41,478 bases of DNA from Gammaproteobacteria bacterium (GCA_009885495.1 VFKP01000036.1:1-41478), one strand, 5' to 3'; counted from the stretch's first letter, positions 30,279 through 41,166 are shown. A program made the numbers and translations. Notes: generated from the letters alone by a model not told the origin.

Positions 30279-30761
30279 TCACATCTCCAGCACTTTTGAC
30301 AAAGCAAAAATTACGGCCTTACGACGGATCTCTGCCCTATCGCCCGTAAAATATTCGGTTAAAGTTTTCGGTGTTTGGTTTCGAATGCCGAAACCAAAAC
30401 ACACCATACCTACCGGTTTATCGACAGTTCCACCTCCTGGGCCCGCAACACCACTCACGGCGATACAGAGATCGGCCTTGCTGTGTTTTAAAGCGCCCAG
30501 AGCCATCTCAGACACCACCGCTTCACTGACCGCACCCTGATCTTGCAGAGTGATTTTCGAAACATTCAACATATCTATTTTAGCTTGATTGCTGTAAGTC
30601 ACAAAACTGCGTTCAAACCATTTTGAGCTATCAGGGACCGAGGTAATGGTCTGAGCCATATAACCGCCGGTGCAAGACTCCGCCGTCGTGATCAGCCAAT
30701 GACGCTTTAATAAAAACTGTCCCAGTTCTTCTGCCAGAGAGTACAAAACAGGATCATCCAT
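30279..30761 (-). CDS. pncC: Nicotinamide-nucleotide amidohydrolase (CinA C-terminal family)
   Basis: AESCTGG, TYSNQAK, GAVSE and SGVAGPGGG...KPVG motifs. Confidence 0.93.
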   Translation of the reverse strand: MDDPVLYSLAEELGQFLLKRHWLITTAESCTGGYMAQTITSVPDSSKWFERSFVTYSNQAKIDMLNVSKITLQDQGAVSEAVVSEMALGALKHSKADLCIAVSGVAGPGGGTVDKPVGMVCFGFGIRNQTPKTLTEYFTGDRAEIRRKAVIFALSKVLEM

Positions 30762-31710
30762 AACTATTTATTTTCCTCTGAACATTTTTGTAGCGCCGCT
30801 TCCAAAACAATAGACGATGCCAGGGAGTTTGAACACAATGTCGGTAACCATCATAAAGTTCAAATCGAAAATGATACGATTTTTTAAGTGTCTGCCAGAT
30901 TGTTAAAAATGTGCTTTCAAAATCAATGCGATTGATATAAAAAAGATAAGCCTTATCTTCATTCAATTTTAAATCATGGGGAGTTGATACTGGAATACCG
31001 TAGTGTAAAGCCAAACCTTTAAATAAAGGATCTTCGCTGATAATCGCGGAACACGAAAATTTTTCAGGTAAACTGCTGGCAGAACCGTCCCCCCAAAACC
31101 ATAGCGCATTAACCGGTTTTTCACCGCGAATCAAGCGCTCTTGATTCACGGGATGCGTGTGTAGAAACATTTGTACCTCAGAAAATAAACGCGACCAATA
31201 ATGTTTATTTTCTCCCTCCGGTAAATGATGGCTGATGTTTCTATTGCTCATTTCCGGTAGAGGCGTTGAAATGAGATCCGGTGGAAATTTTGTTTTTAAA
31301 TACCAGCGTTCTGGGGTTAAGGCTAAAAGTTCTAAACCATCGCCGGAAAAGAGCTGGTTAAAATCTTGAGCAAGCGTTTGACAGTCTTCTTGCGATAAAA
31401 CAATGGGATGATCTTCTAAAAGATAAACCGCATTATGATCCAAGGTTAAATACACGGGGCTTGCCAATAATAGATGATGATCGCCTCCTTCAATTCCATC
31501 ATATAAACCGTATAAATAAGCTAAAGGCAAAGCGTATTCTGTGGTAGGCAGACCCAGGAGATGCGCTAAAATATGATGGGGCATCCAGCTACACATTTTT
31601 TTACGGCTGCGAATATAGAATTCATCGATGAGACTTAAAGGTTTTAAATAATCTTTAAAGCCGCGATTTTTAGGTTCTAAGCCCGGGCAAATCAAGGTCA
31701 ATCCATTCAT
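30754..31710 (-). CDS. Conserved hypothetical protein, phosphoglycerate-mutase-related family
   Basis: ASPVYL and SEVQMFLHTHPVNQER...G..PVNALWFWG patterns. Confidence 0.75.
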   Translation of the reverse strand: MNGLTLICPGLEPKNRGFKDYLKPLSLIDEFYIRSRKKMCSWMPHHILAHLLGLPTTEYALPLAYLYGLYDGIEGGDHHLLLASPVYLTLDHNAVYLLEDHPIVLSQEDCQTLAQDFNQLFSGDGLELLALTPERWYLKTKFPPDLISTPLPEMSNRNISHHLPEGENKHYWSRLFSEVQMFLHTHPVNQERLIRGEKPVNALWFWGDGSASSLPEKFSCSAIISEDPLFKGLALHYGIPVSTPHDLKLNEDKAYLFYINRIDFESTFLTIWQTLKKSYHFRFELYDGYRHCVQTPWHRLLFWKRRYKNVQRKINSYG

Positions 31711-32991
31711 TTAAAACACCTCATTACCGCTTAAAATTTTGGGTTTGTTTTCAAAACAGGGTAAATATTGGCTCTTCCAAATAAAATATAAACCGGGAAT
31801 ACAGATCGCTGCGCTGATCCCATAGAAATTAATCCAGCCTAAATGCGCCACTAAAAGCCCAGAACTGGAACCCAATACCACTCGACCCAAGGAAGCAATC
31901 GAGGATAAGGCTGAATATTGCATAGCCGTGTATTGGGTATTACATAAACTCATGAGAAAAGCCACAAAAGCAGTGGCCGACATGCTGCCAAAAAAGGTTT
32001 CCGTAAAAATGACCGTTAACATGAGTGGATAATTTTTCCCCACCACCGCCAATAGAATAAATAATAAATTACTAAGCGCTGCAAAAATACCAAATAAAAA
32101 TAGCGCACGGTATAACCCTAAACGCAGCATCCACCAGCCACCAAAGATCCCTCCCGTAATTGCAGCGATTAAACCCACGACTTTATTGGCAATGGCGAGA
32201 TCCGTTAAGCTAAAATGCAAACCCCGTAATAAAAAGGGTGTTGTTAATGACAAGGCATAGGCCTCGCCCAACTTATAGAGAATAATTAAACTGATCAACC
32301 ACAGCGCATTTGGGCGTTGCCAAAAATCTTTCAGGGGGCCTATAAAGGCATCTTTCATACTGCTGGGGGTTTTTAATACTTTGGGCTCTGCAATAAACAA
32401 TCCAAAAATACTCAGCCCTAATAGCAAGATCCCCATACAGCGATAAGCAAAAGCCCAGCCCAAATGATCGGCCAGTATCAAGGCCAGAGCACCTGAAAAT
32501 AACATGCCCAAGCGATAACCGGTGACATTAAATCCAGAACCCAAAGCCCGTTCTAGCGGTAAAAGACTTTCCGTATTATAAGCATCGATCCCCACATCTT
32601 GAGTGGCTGAGAAAAAAGCCAACAGAATGCCAAAGCCAATTAAAAAACCAGGATGCTGTGCAGGATCTAGATACGACATGGCGAATAAAACTAGAATCAA
32701 AGCCATTTGCATGGCAAAGATCCAGCCCTTGCGCCGTCCCAAAGGTAAAATAGTTAAGCGGTCTAAAGCAGGAGCCCAGAGCCATTTAAAAGTATAGGGC
32801 CAACCGATAATACTCATAAAGCCTAATAAGGCCAAGCTTAAACCCGATTCTGTAAACCAGGCCTGCAAAGTGCTGCCTGAAAGGGCGAAAGGTAAACCAG
32901 AACAAATGCCGAGTAAAGTGACTGAATAAATGCGTGACGAAAATCCAGGTTGTTTTAGAGGGGATTGAGCGTTTAATTTCAAAGCAATCAT
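31711..32991 (-). CDS. ampG: Muropeptide MFS permease AmpG
   Basis: SGLPF, FKWLWAP, GRRKGW, SATQDVGIDAY, GYRLG and YTAMQY motifs. Start is ATG 32991 or TTG 32982; the ORF extension to 33045 is repeat-derived. Confidence 0.94.
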   Translation of the reverse strand: MIALKLNAQSPLKQPGFSSRIYSVTLLGICSGLPFALSGSTLQAWFTESGLSLALLGFMSIIGWPYTFKWLWAPALDRLTILPLGRRKGWIFAMQMALILVLFAMSYLDPAQHPGFLIGFGILLAFFSATQDVGIDAYNTESLLPLERALGSGFNVTGYRLGMLFSGALALILADHLGWAFAYRCMGILLLGLSIFGLFIAEPKVLKTPSSMKDAFIGPLKDFWQRPNALWLISLIILYKLGEAYALSLTTPFLLRGLHFSLTDLAIANKVVGLIAAITGGIFGGWWMLRLGLYRALFLFGIFAALSNLLFILLAVVGKNYPLMLTVIFTETFFGSMSATAFVAFLMSLCNTQYTAMQYSALSSIASLGRVVLGSSSGLLVAHLGWINFYGISAAICIPGLYFIWKSQYLPCFENKPKILSGNEVF

Positions 32992-33007
32992 CTCCAGAAA
33001 GTTAAAA

Positions 33008-33099
33008 CCCTCTCCTCCAACCCCTCTCGTTTTATCTACTAGCAAGAAAGTCCCGGCTCCCCTCGCCCGGTACTCCGGGAGAGGGGTTGGGGGAGAGGG
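33008..33099. repeat. Inverted pair of family-A repeats between mip and ampG
   Basis: Partial copy CCCTCTCCTCCAACCCCTCTC (33008-33028) faces a full reverse copy (33057-33099). Confidence 0.88.
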
Positions 33100-33109
33100 C
33101 TTAAGTCAC

Positions 33110-34009
33110 TTAAGATTTTTTCTGAGTTGCAGGTAAAGCAGATTGTGATTGGGCTGCCGCTGCTGCTGCAGGTTTAACCGTAATCAAATGAATTTTGAAA
33201 ACCAGAGTTTGATTAGGACCAATAGGACCTCCCACACCGCGATCGCCATAGGCTAATTCGGGTGGAATATACACTTCCCAGACATCACCGGTTTTCATAT
33301 GCGTCAAAGCTTCTTGCCATCCATTGATCACTTCACCCACTTTAAAAGTCACAGGCTGCCCTTGTTTATAAGAGCTGTCAAAAACCGTACCATTGAGCAA
33401 ACGCCCTTCATAATCGACTGTGACGGTGTCATTGAGCGTCGGTGTTGCACCAGAACCTTGGGTTAAGCTTTTATACTGTAAGCCATCAGGCATGCTTTGC
33501 ACACCGGCGGCTGTTTTATTTTTAGCTAAAAACGCACTGCCTTCTGAAGCATTTTGCGCACCCATGGCTTTTTGCTGAGCTTCAGTTTGTTTACGATTTT
33601 CTTCTTGCTTAGCCATTAAGGTTTTCTTGAAAGTATCGATCGCTTGTTTCATTTGCGCATCGCTTAATAAGAAGGGCCCGCCTGCCATACCATCGCTGAT
33701 CCCTTTGGCAAACAAGCTAGGATCCATCGATAAGTTTTGCGCCTTCAAATTACGGCCCATATCGACACCTAAGGTGTAACTGATCTTGCTTTTATCGGTG
33801 GCTAACGCTGCAGGTACCGCAGGACTTGCTGTAGTGGCCTTTGTGTTGCTAGCCTTAGATGCGGTTGTTGTGCTGGTCGCAGCCGGTGCTGGAGCTGAAA
33901 CGCTTACATTTTGAGCAGAATTGCTTTGAACGGTTTGACTCGCTGGATCGGCTAAAGCTGTCCCTGCAAACACTGCGCCCAACAAAACTGCGGTGAGTTT
34001 TAAATTCAT
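33110..34009 (-). CDS. mip: FKBP-type peptidyl-prolyl isomerase, Mip/FkpA family
   Basis: Signal peptide, KISYTLG dimerisation domain, then GLQYK, YEGRLLNGTVFDSS, VINGWQEAL and IPPELAYG. Confidence 0.92.
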   Translation of the reverse strand: MNLKLTAVLLGAVFAGTALADPASQTVQSNSAQNVSVSAPAPAATSTTTASKASNTKATTASPAVPAALATDKSKISYTLGVDMGRNLKAQNLSMDPSLFAKGISDGMAGGPFLLSDAQMKQAIDTFKKTLMAKQEENRKQTEAQQKAMGAQNASEGSAFLAKNKTAAGVQSMPDGLQYKSLTQGSGATPTLNDTVTVDYEGRLLNGTVFDSSYKQGQPVTFKVGEVINGWQEALTHMKTGDVWEVYIPPELAYGDRGVGGPIGPNQTLVFKIHLITVKPAAAAAAQSQSALPATQKKS

Positions 34010-34183
34010 TTTAAGTTCCCCATAGATGTTAAAAAGTATACACTGGTTATTTTGCCCGATTTTTATCTGGAGTGCTAGTGTTTCTTAAGAGAATTGAGAA
34101 AAATTCCCTGTATAAATTATACGCTGATCTCTTTCTTCTCTAAGACCGTCTTTTGACCTCGGCTGTAAAATACAGCTTCAAAA

Positions 34184-34207
34184 GGGCAATTCTTGAATTG
34201 CCCCTAC
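34184..34207 (-). repeat. GTAG-type REP element
   Basis: The - strand reads GTAGGGGCAATTCAAGAATTGCCC: a GTAG tetranucleotide followed by a palindrome. Confidence 0.65.
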
Positions 34208-34348
34208 ACTGGACCCTCTGCTTCTGAAGCTCTTAAGACTCTAGTCTGAGATTTGAAAGGCATACGACAATTTATCCTTTGTAAAACTGTATACTTGCCA
34301 AGACCTGAGGTATACTCTAAGCCAAATTTTAAAAAAAGGATCTGTACA

Positions 34349-35509
34349 ATGCTGACTGGCCTAAATTTAGCGCTGCCGGAAGAACTGCGCATGATACAAG
34401 AAACGGTGACTCAATTTGCCCAAGAAAAAATTGCGCCTAAAGCTGAACAAATCGATCATCAAGGCGAGGTTCCGGCGAGCCTCTGGAAGGAAATGGGCGA
34501 TTTAGGCTTGTTGGGGCTGACTGCAGAAACCGCCTATGGCGGCAGTCATATGGGGTATTTTGCACATGTGATTGTGATGGAAGCCCTAAGCCGCGCCAGC
34601 GCCTCGGTGGGCTTAAGTTATGGAGCGCATTCTAATCTTTGCGTCAATCAAATCTCTTTAAACGCCAGTGCAGAACAAAAAAAGCGCTATCTTCCTAAAT
34701 TGATTTCAGGCGAACATTTAGGCGCTTTAGCCATGAGCGAGGCTGGCGCAGGTTCTGATGTTTTAGGCATGCAACTCAAAGCCGAAAAACGAGGCGATCG
34801 CTATATCTTGAACGGCCATAAAATGTGGATCACGAATGGGCATAAAGCCGATATCATTGTCACTTATGCCAAAACCGATGCCCAGGCTGGCAAAAATGGT
34901 GTGACCACTTTCATCGTTGAAAAGCATTTTAAAGGCTTTAGCGTGGCGCAAAAATTGGATAAATTGGGCATGCGCGGCTCCCCCACTTGTGAATTGGTGT
35001 TTAACGATTGCGAAGTCCCCGAAGAGAATATTCTTGGAAAATTAAATGGCGGCACCAAGGTATTAATGCGCGGTCTAGATTATGAGCGCGTGATTTTAGC
35101 GGCTGGGCCTGTAGGGATTATGCAAGCTTGTATGGATTTGGTCATCCCTTATGTGCATGTGAGAAAACAATTTAACAAACCTATTGGCGAGTTTCAACTG
35201 ATGCAAGCCAAATTGGCCGATATGTACAGCACTTTAAGCGCTTGCCGTAGTTTTCTCTATGCCACTGCTGATGCCTGCGATCGCAAAACGATTACGCGTA
35301 AAGACGCCGCCAGTTTGATTTTATACACTTCTGAGCGTGCCACCCAAATGGCCTTAGAAGCCATCCAATGTTTAGGAGGCAATGGTTATATCAATGAATT
35401 TCCCGCAGGGCGCTTATTAAGAGATGCTAAGCTTTATGAAATTGGTGCAGGCACCTCAGAGATCCGTCGCATGTTGATTGGCCGTGAATTGTTTAAAGAA
35501 AATGAGTAA
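34349..35509 (+). CDS. liuA: Isovaleryl-CoA dehydrogenase
   Basis: [20 protein letters not shown]...[19 protein letters not shown] and [16 protein letters not shown]. Start ATG 34349 with AAAGGA RBS. Confidence 0.95.
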   Translation: MLTGLNLALPEELRMIQETVTQFAQEKIAPKAEQIDHQGEVPASLWKEMGDLGLLGLTAETAYGGSHMGYFAHVIVMEALSRASASVGLSYGAHSNLCVNQISLNASAEQKKRYLPKLISGEHLGALAMSEAGAGSDVLGMQLKAEKRGDRYILNGHKMWITNGHKADIIVTYAKTDAQAGKNGVTTFIVEKHFKGFSVAQKLDKLGMRGSPTCELVFNDCEVPEENILGKLNGGTKVLMRGLDYERVILAAGPVGIMQACMDLVIPYVHVRKQFNKPIGEFQLMQAKLADMYSTLSACRSFLYATADACDRKTITRKDAASLILYTSERATQMALEAIQCLGGNGYINEFPAGRLLRDAKLYEIGAGTSEIRRMLIGRELFKENE

Positions 35510-35589
35510 GAATAGGGTCACTACTCCCTCCCTAAGGGCGGGTACGACAAAGCACAGATAAGGCATAAATTATTTTAGGAATTTAAAAA

Positions 35590-36771
35590 ATGAATAATCC
35601 CGTTGTCATCGTCAGCGCAAAGCGCACACCCATGGGCAATTTTCAGGGTGAGCTTAGCAGCCTTTCGGCTTCTGATTTGGGTGCAGCTGCCATTCGTGCA
35701 GCGATTGAAACCGCTGGTTTAAAAGATCATCCCATCGATGAAGTGATCATGGGCTGCGTGTTAAGCGCAGGCCAAGGCCAAGCTCCGGCACGCCAAGCCA
35801 CTTTAAAAGCGGGATTGGATCAAAGTACTCCCGCCAGCACGCTCAATAAAATGTGTGGATCAGGCATGAAAGCGCTGATGTTGATACAAGATGCGCTTTT
35901 AGCCGATCGCATTCAGATCGGGATTGCCGGTGGCATGGAATCCATGACACAAGCGCCTTATTTACTGCCCTTAGCCCGCAGTGGCTATCGCTTGGGTCAT
36001 CAAAAAGTCATCGATCATCTTTTTTTCGATGGCTTAGAAGACGCTTATTCTCCCGGAAAATTGATGGGCGTTTTTGCTGAAAATACAGCACAAGAATACG
36101 GTTTTACGCGAAAAACTCAAGATGATTTTGCCATTGCTTCGGTGGAGCGTGCTAAAGCTGCGGCAGATAAAGGTTATTTCAAAGCTGAAATCAAATCTAT
36201 TTCTTATCAAAGTAAAAAAGGGGAAATCACGGTCAGCGAAGATCAAGGACCAAAGACCGCACAGATTGAAAAGATCCCCGATCTAAAACCTGCTTTTGCC
36301 AGCAATGGAACTGTTACGGCCGCCAATTCCAGTTCTATTTCCGATGGCGCAGCGGCTTTAGTGCTGATGCGTGAAGATGAAGCACAGCGCTTAGGTTTAA
36401 AACCTCTGGCTAGAATTATCGCTCAAGCCACACATGCTCAGGAACCGGCCTGGTTTACCACAGCGCCTGCAGCAGCCATTCAAAAAGTTTTAAAAAAAGC
36501 AGGCTGGACTTTAGAGGATGTGGATCTATTCGAAATTAACGAAGCCTTTGCCGTCGTCACTTTGGTCACGGCACAACTCTTGAATTTAAGTTTGGATAAT
36601 GTGAATGTCAATGGCGGTGCCTGTGTTTTGGGCCATCCCATTGGCGCTTCAGGTGCGCGTATTATCGTCACCTTGTTACACGCTTTAAAAGAGCGACAAT
36701 TAAAACGCGGTATTGCCAGCCTGTGTATTGGCGGTGGCGAGGCAACTGCTTTGGCTTTAGAATTGATCTAA
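35590..36771 (+). CDS. atoB: Acetyl-CoA C-acyltransferase (thiolase)
   Basis: [19 protein letters not shown] and CIGGG catalytic motifs. Confidence 0.92.
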   Translation: MNNPVVIVSAKRTPMGNFQGELSSLSASDLGAAAIRAAIETAGLKDHPIDEVIMGCVLSAGQGQAPARQATLKAGLDQSTPASTLNKMCGSGMKALMLIQDALLADRIQIGIAGGMESMTQAPYLLPLARSGYRLGHQKVIDHLFFDGLEDAYSPGKLMGVFAENTAQEYGFTRKTQDDFAIASVERAKAAADKGYFKAEIKSISYQSKKGEITVSEDQGPKTAQIEKIPDLKPAFASNGTVTAANSSSISDGAAALVLMREDEAQRLGLKPLARIIAQATHAQEPAWFTTAPAAAIQKVLKKAGWTLEDVDLFEINEAFAVVTLVTAQLLNLSLDNVNVNGGACVLGHPIGASGARIIVTLLHALKERQLKRGIASLCIGGGEATALALELI

Positions 36772-36783
36772 AAAGGAAAACCC

Positions 36784-38391
36784 ATGCCTATCATCGTTTC
36801 AAAATTAAATCCTCGTACTGAGGATTTCAAACGCAATGAAGCACAGATGATGCTTTTAGTGTCTGATCTCAAAGAAAAAATTGAAACCATCAGTTTAGGC
36901 GGTGGCCCTCAAGCGTTTGAAAAACTACGAGCAAAAGGTAAATTACCGGCAAGAGAACGCATCGATGCTTTATTAGATGCCGGCAGCCCTTTTCTAGAAT
37001 TATCGGCCATGGCTGCTTATGAGGTTTATCCGGAAACGGTTCCTGCAGCGGGGATCATCGCTGGCATCGGGCGAGTTGCCGGACAAGAATGTTTGATCAT
37101 CGCCAATGATCCCTCTGTTAAAGGCGGTACTTATTTTCCCTTAACCGTGAAAAAACATTTGCGCGCACAAGAGATTGCAGCACAAAATCATTTACCCTGC
37201 ATTTATTTGGTGGATTCGGGAGGCGCCTTCTTACCCTTGCAAGATGAAGTTTTTCCAGACCAACTGCATTTTGGACGCATTTTTTATAATCAAGCTCGCA
37301 TGTCTGCAGAGGGGATCCCACAGATCGCCGTGGTCATGGGTTCTTGCACTGCCGGTGGGGCTTATGTGCCTGCTATGGCCGATGAATCCATCATGGTTAA
37401 AAATCAGGCCACCATTTTTTTAGCGGGCCCTCCCCTCGTGAAAGCCGCCACGGGTGAAATTGTCAGCGCTGAAGAATTGGGCGGTGCGGATGTGCATTGC
37501 AAAATCTCAGGCGTTGCCGATCATTATGCAGATAGCGATCAACATGCTTTGCAAATTGCAAGACAAGTTTTGCAACATACGCCTAAAATAAAACATCTGC
37601 CTTTTAAAATTCAAGATCCCAAAGCTCCGCGTTACGATGCTAAAGAGCTCTATGGGATTATCCCAGCGGATAAAAAGAAACCTTATGATGTGCGCGAAGT
37701 CATTGCCCGTATTGTCGATGATTCTATTTTGGATGAATTTAAAAGTTTATATGGCAGCACTTTAATCTGTGGCTTTGCTCATTTGAATGGTTATCCCGTA
37801 GGTATTATTGCCAACAATGGTGTTTTATATTCTGAATCTGCAGATAAAGGCACGCATTTTATTCAACTGTGCTGCCAAAGAAAAATTCCTTTGATATTCT
37901 TACAAAATATTACGGGTTTCATGGTCGGCAAAAAATATGAAACTCAGGGTATTGCTAAAGCAGGTGCGAAAATGGTGACCGCAGTCAGTTGTGCTCAAGT
38001 GCCTAAATTCACCGTGATCATCGGCGGCAGTTTTGGTGCTGGCAATTATGGCATGTGTGGTCGTGCTTTTAATCCTCGTTTTTTATGGATCTGGCCCAAT
38101 GCACGCATTTCTGTGATGGGAGGCGAACAGGCTGCCAGTGTTTTAGCGCAAGTGAAAAAAGATCAATTGGCCGCTCAAAATATTGAATTCTCCAGTGCCG
38201 AAGAAAGCGCATTAAAAACCCCGATACTGGAACAATATGAAAAAACGGGGCATCCTTATTATTCTTCGGCTCGCTTGTGGGATGATGGCATCATTGACCC
38301 CAAAGACACGCGAGAGGTTTTAGCTTTGGCTTTATCGGCCAGCTTAAATGCGCCGATTGGAGATCCTCAGTTTGGCGTCTTTAGGATATAG
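36784..38391 (+). CDS. liuB: 3-methylcrotonyl-CoA carboxylase beta subunit
   Basis: [48 protein letters not shown] and ARLWDDG. Confidence 0.96.
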   Translation: MPIIVSKLNPRTEDFKRNEAQMMLLVSDLKEKIETISLGGGPQAFEKLRAKGKLPARERIDALLDAGSPFLELSAMAAYEVYPETVPAAGIIAGIGRVAGQECLIIANDPSVKGGTYFPLTVKKHLRAQEIAAQNHLPCIYLVDSGGAFLPLQDEVFPDQLHFGRIFYNQARMSAEGIPQIAVVMGSCTAGGAYVPAMADESIMVKNQATIFLAGPPLVKAATGEIVSAEELGGADVHCKISGVADHYADSDQHALQIARQVLQHTPKIKHLPFKIQDPKAPRYDAKELYGIIPADKKKPYDVREVIARIVDDSILDEFKSLYGSTLICGFAHLNGYPVGIIANNGVLYSESADKGTHFIQLCCQRKIPLIFLQNITGFMVGKKYETQGIAKAGAKMVTAVSCAQVPKFTVIIGGSFGAGNYGMCGRAFNPRFLWIWPNARISVMGGEQAASVLAQVKKDQLAAQNIEFSSAEESALKTPILEQYEKTGHPYYSSARLWDDGIIDPKDTREVLALALSASLNAPIGDPQFGVFRI

Positions 38392-39183
38392 ATGATGACA
38401 GCATACACTTTATTTGAAATTTCAAACTCGATAGCTACCCTGACTTTAAACCGCCCTGAAGTGCATCATGCGTTTAATGAAGCCTTTATTGAAGAATTGA
38501 TTGCGCATTTGACCACAGTCTCTCAAGATCCCAAAATCAGAGTGTTGGTGCTTCGATCTCAGGGACCCATCTTTTGCGCTGGAGCCGATCTGAGTTGGAT
38601 GCAGAAAATGGCCAGCTATACTAAAGCTGAAAATTTGGCCGATGCAAAACGTTTATCTTTGCTGATGCAAACTTGTTATACCTTGAATAAACCCAGCATT
38701 GCCTTAGTACAAGGGCATGCCTTTGGCGGTGGGGTCGGTTTAATTGCCTGCTGTGATTTAGCCATCGCTACAGAGCATGCACGTTTTTGTTTCTCGGAAG
38801 CCAAACTAGGCCTCTGCCCTTCTGTGATCAGCCCTTATATCATTCGCGCTATGGGCCTACGACAAACACAACGTTATTTTCTCACCACTGAAGCCTTCGA
38901 TGCCAGCACCGCTACGCGCTTAGGTTTAATTCATGAAATGGTTAAAGATGAAGAGGGATTAAATCAAAAATTAAAAACTTTTCTAGACGCTCTATTGAAT
39001 AATGGCCCTGAGGCCTTGAAACAAATGAAAGACTTACTCAGAGAAAATCAGCCCTTAGATGAAAGTTTGTTAAATTATACTTTAGAACACATTGCCGCTT
39101 TAAGAACTTCTAAGGAAGGACAAATAGGCTTGAAGGCTTTCTTAGAACGACGAAAACCCGACTGGGCTTTACCCAAGGAATAA
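38392..39183 (+). CDS. liuC: Methylglutaconyl-CoA hydratase (crotonase family)
   Basis: LNRPEVH, FCAGADL, GGGVGL and FSEAKLG motifs; operon context. Confidence 0.9.
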   Translation: MMTAYTLFEISNSIATLTLNRPEVHHAFNEAFIEELIAHLTTVSQDPKIRVLVLRSQGPIFCAGADLSWMQKMASYTKAENLADAKRLSLLMQTCYTLNKPSIALVQGHAFGGGVGLIACCDLAIATEHARFCFSEAKLGLCPSVISPYIIRAMGLRQTQRYFLTTEAFDASTATRLGLIHEMVKDEEGLNQKLKTFLDALLNNGPEALKQMKDLLRENQPLDESLLNYTLEHIAALRTSKEGQIGLKAFLERRKPDWALPKE

Positions 39184-39186
39184 AAC

Positions 39187-41166
39187 ATGTTTGAAAAAAT
39201 ACTCATCGCCAATCGAGGTGAAATCGCTTGCCGAGTGATGAAAACAGCACAGGCTTTAGGGATCCGCTGCGTGGCCGTATATTCCAAAATCGATCAAAAT
39301 GCCCTGCATGTGCAAATGGCTGATGAAGCTTATTTATTGGGAGAAGCGCCTAGTCAAGACAGTTATCTCAAGGGCGAGAGGATTATTCAGATTGCCAAAA
39401 AAGCAGGCGCCCAAGCGATCCATCCCGTCTATGGTTTTCTATCTGAAAATGCCTCTTTTGCCAAAGCCTGTGAAGATCAAGGCCTTGTGTTTATTGGCCC
39501 CAGTGCCGCAGCCATCACGGCTATGGGCTCTAAAAGTGCCGCTAAAAAAATTATGGGAGAAGCGAAAATCCCTTTGATCCCCGGTTATCATGGCGATAAT
39601 CAAGAGCCTGATTTCTTAGGACAAGAAGCCCAAAAGATGGGCTTTCCAGTACTCATCAAAGCCATTATGGGTGGCGGTGGCAAAGGCATGCGTTTAGTTG
39701 AAAACCCAAAAGAATTTAAGGACGCTTTAAACGGCGCGCGCCGTGAAGCTTTAGCCGCATTTGGCAATGATATAGTTCTTTTAGAAAAATATTTAGTCGA
39801 TCCGCGCCATATTGAAATTCAGATCATGGCCGATACTTTAGGCAATGCGGTTTATCTGTTTGAGCGCGATTGCTCCATTCAAAGACGGCATCAAAAAGTG
39901 ATTGAAGAAGCCCCCGCTTCTAAGCTTTCTGAGCGTTTACGTCAAACCATGGGCAAAGCCGCAGTGACTGCCGCCAAAGCCATTGATTATCATGGTGCCG
40001 GCACCTTGGAATTTTTAGTCGATAAAGACGAAAACTTTTATTTCATGGAAATGAATACTCGGCTGCAAGTTGAACATCCCGTCACTGAAATGATCACCGG
40101 TTTAGATTTAGTGGCTTGGCAATTGCAAATCGCTGCAGGTCTACCTTTGCCTTTACAACAAGCCGATCTGAAACTACAAGGCCATGCCATTGAACTGCGT
40201 TTATATGCCGAAGATCCCAATCATGAATTTTTACCCGCGACAGGCCATATTGATTATTTAAGCTGGCCCAAAACAAGTGCAGAGGTTCGTATCGATACCG
40301 GTGTACGTGAAAATGATACCATCAGCAGTTATTATGATCCCATGATTGCCAAACTGATTGTGCATGCTGAAAATCGTGAAGCCGCGATATTTCGGATGCA
40401 AAGTGCTTTATCCCATTGGGATCTGATCGGCGTTAAGACCAATAAACAGTTTTTACAAGACTTATTAAGCTTGCCCGATTATAAGGCCGCTAAAATCAGC
40501 ACCCATTTCATTGCTGAGCACAGCGAGGCCTTAAAACCTCGCCCGCCTATCTCCTTAAACAAGGCCTTGTGTGCCGCAGCCTTGTATACCGTTTTAACTC
40601 AATGCAAAGAACAACCCAATACTGAAGATCGCTATTCGCCTTGGCTGAGTTTGCAAGGTTTTAGACTGCAATTGCCCTATACGCAAAAGTTTTATTTCGA
40701 ATTTCAAGACAAGCTCTACCCTATCGCCATTTATTATAATCTCAACAAAACTTATCAAATGAGAATAGGGACTGATGAATATCAAGTCAGTGGTGTTTAC
40801 AATGATAAAGCCGAACTTTATCTTCATCTGAATTCTGAAATAGATAAGCTTAAAATCTTTGCTCAAAAGTCACAGATTTGGGTTTTAGGTTTGGACCAAG
40901 AATACGCTTTAAAAATAACTCATACTCTAGCTGCCAGCAATCAAACTTCAGCAAAAACCCATTTAAATGCCCCCATGCCCGGAGCCATCGTCGCCGTGAA
41001 TGTTAAACCAGGCGACACGGTTCAAAAAGATGAATGTTTGATGGTGATGGAAGCCATGAAAATGGAACATTCAATCTACGCGCCACAAACCGGTGTCATT
41101 AACGAAATTTTTTACGCCATCGGCGATCGGGTCGACGAAGGGGCTGAGCTGTTGACGTTTAAATAA
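39187..41166 (+). CDS. liuD: 3-methylcrotonyl-CoA carboxylase alpha subunit (biotin carboxylase + biotin carrier)
   Basis: ANRGEIA, GGGGKGMR, RDCSIQRRHQK, EMNTRLQVEHPVTE and the EAMKM biotinylation site. Confidence 0.95.
   Translation: MFEKILIANRGEIACRVMKTAQALGIRCVAVYSKIDQNALHVQMADEAYLLGEAPSQDSYLKGERIIQIAKKAGAQAIHPVYGFLSENASFAKACEDQGLVFIGPSAAAITAMGSKSAAKKIMGEAKIPLIPGYHGDNQEPDFLGQEAQKMGFPVLIKAIMGGGGKGMRLVENPKEFKDALNGARREALAAFGNDIVLLEKYLVDPRHIEIQIMADTLGNAVYLFERDCSIQRRHQKVIEEAPASKLSERLRQTMGKAAVTAAKAIDYHGAGTLEFLVDKDENFYFMEMNTRLQVEHPVTEMITGLDLVAWQLQIAAGLPLPLQQADLKLQGHAIELRLYAEDPNHEFLPATGHIDYLSWPKTSAEVRIDTGVRENDTISSYYDPMIAKLIVHAENREAAIFRMQSALSHWDLIGVKTNKQFLQDLLSLPDYKAAKISTHFIAEHSEALKPRPPISLNKALCAAALYTVLTQCKEQPNTEDRYSPWLSLQGFRLQLPYTQKFYFEFQDKLYPIAIYYNLNKTYQMRIGTDEYQVSGVYNDKAELYLHLNSEIDKLKIFAQKSQIWVLGLDQEYALKITHTLAASNQTSAKTHLNAPMPGAIVAVNVKPGDTVQKDECLMVMEAMKMEHSIYAPQTGVINEIFYAIGDRVDEGAELLTFK

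Noticed and set aside
32992-33045. N-terminal extension of AmpG (…GVGGEG…)
   Set aside because: It is a translation of the partial family-A repeat.
34253-34348. Longer liuA start and a TTGCCA/TATACT promoter
   Set aside because: ATG 34349 has the RBS and gives the typical length. The two hexamers are only 10 nt apart, and I see no LiuR-type palindrome.
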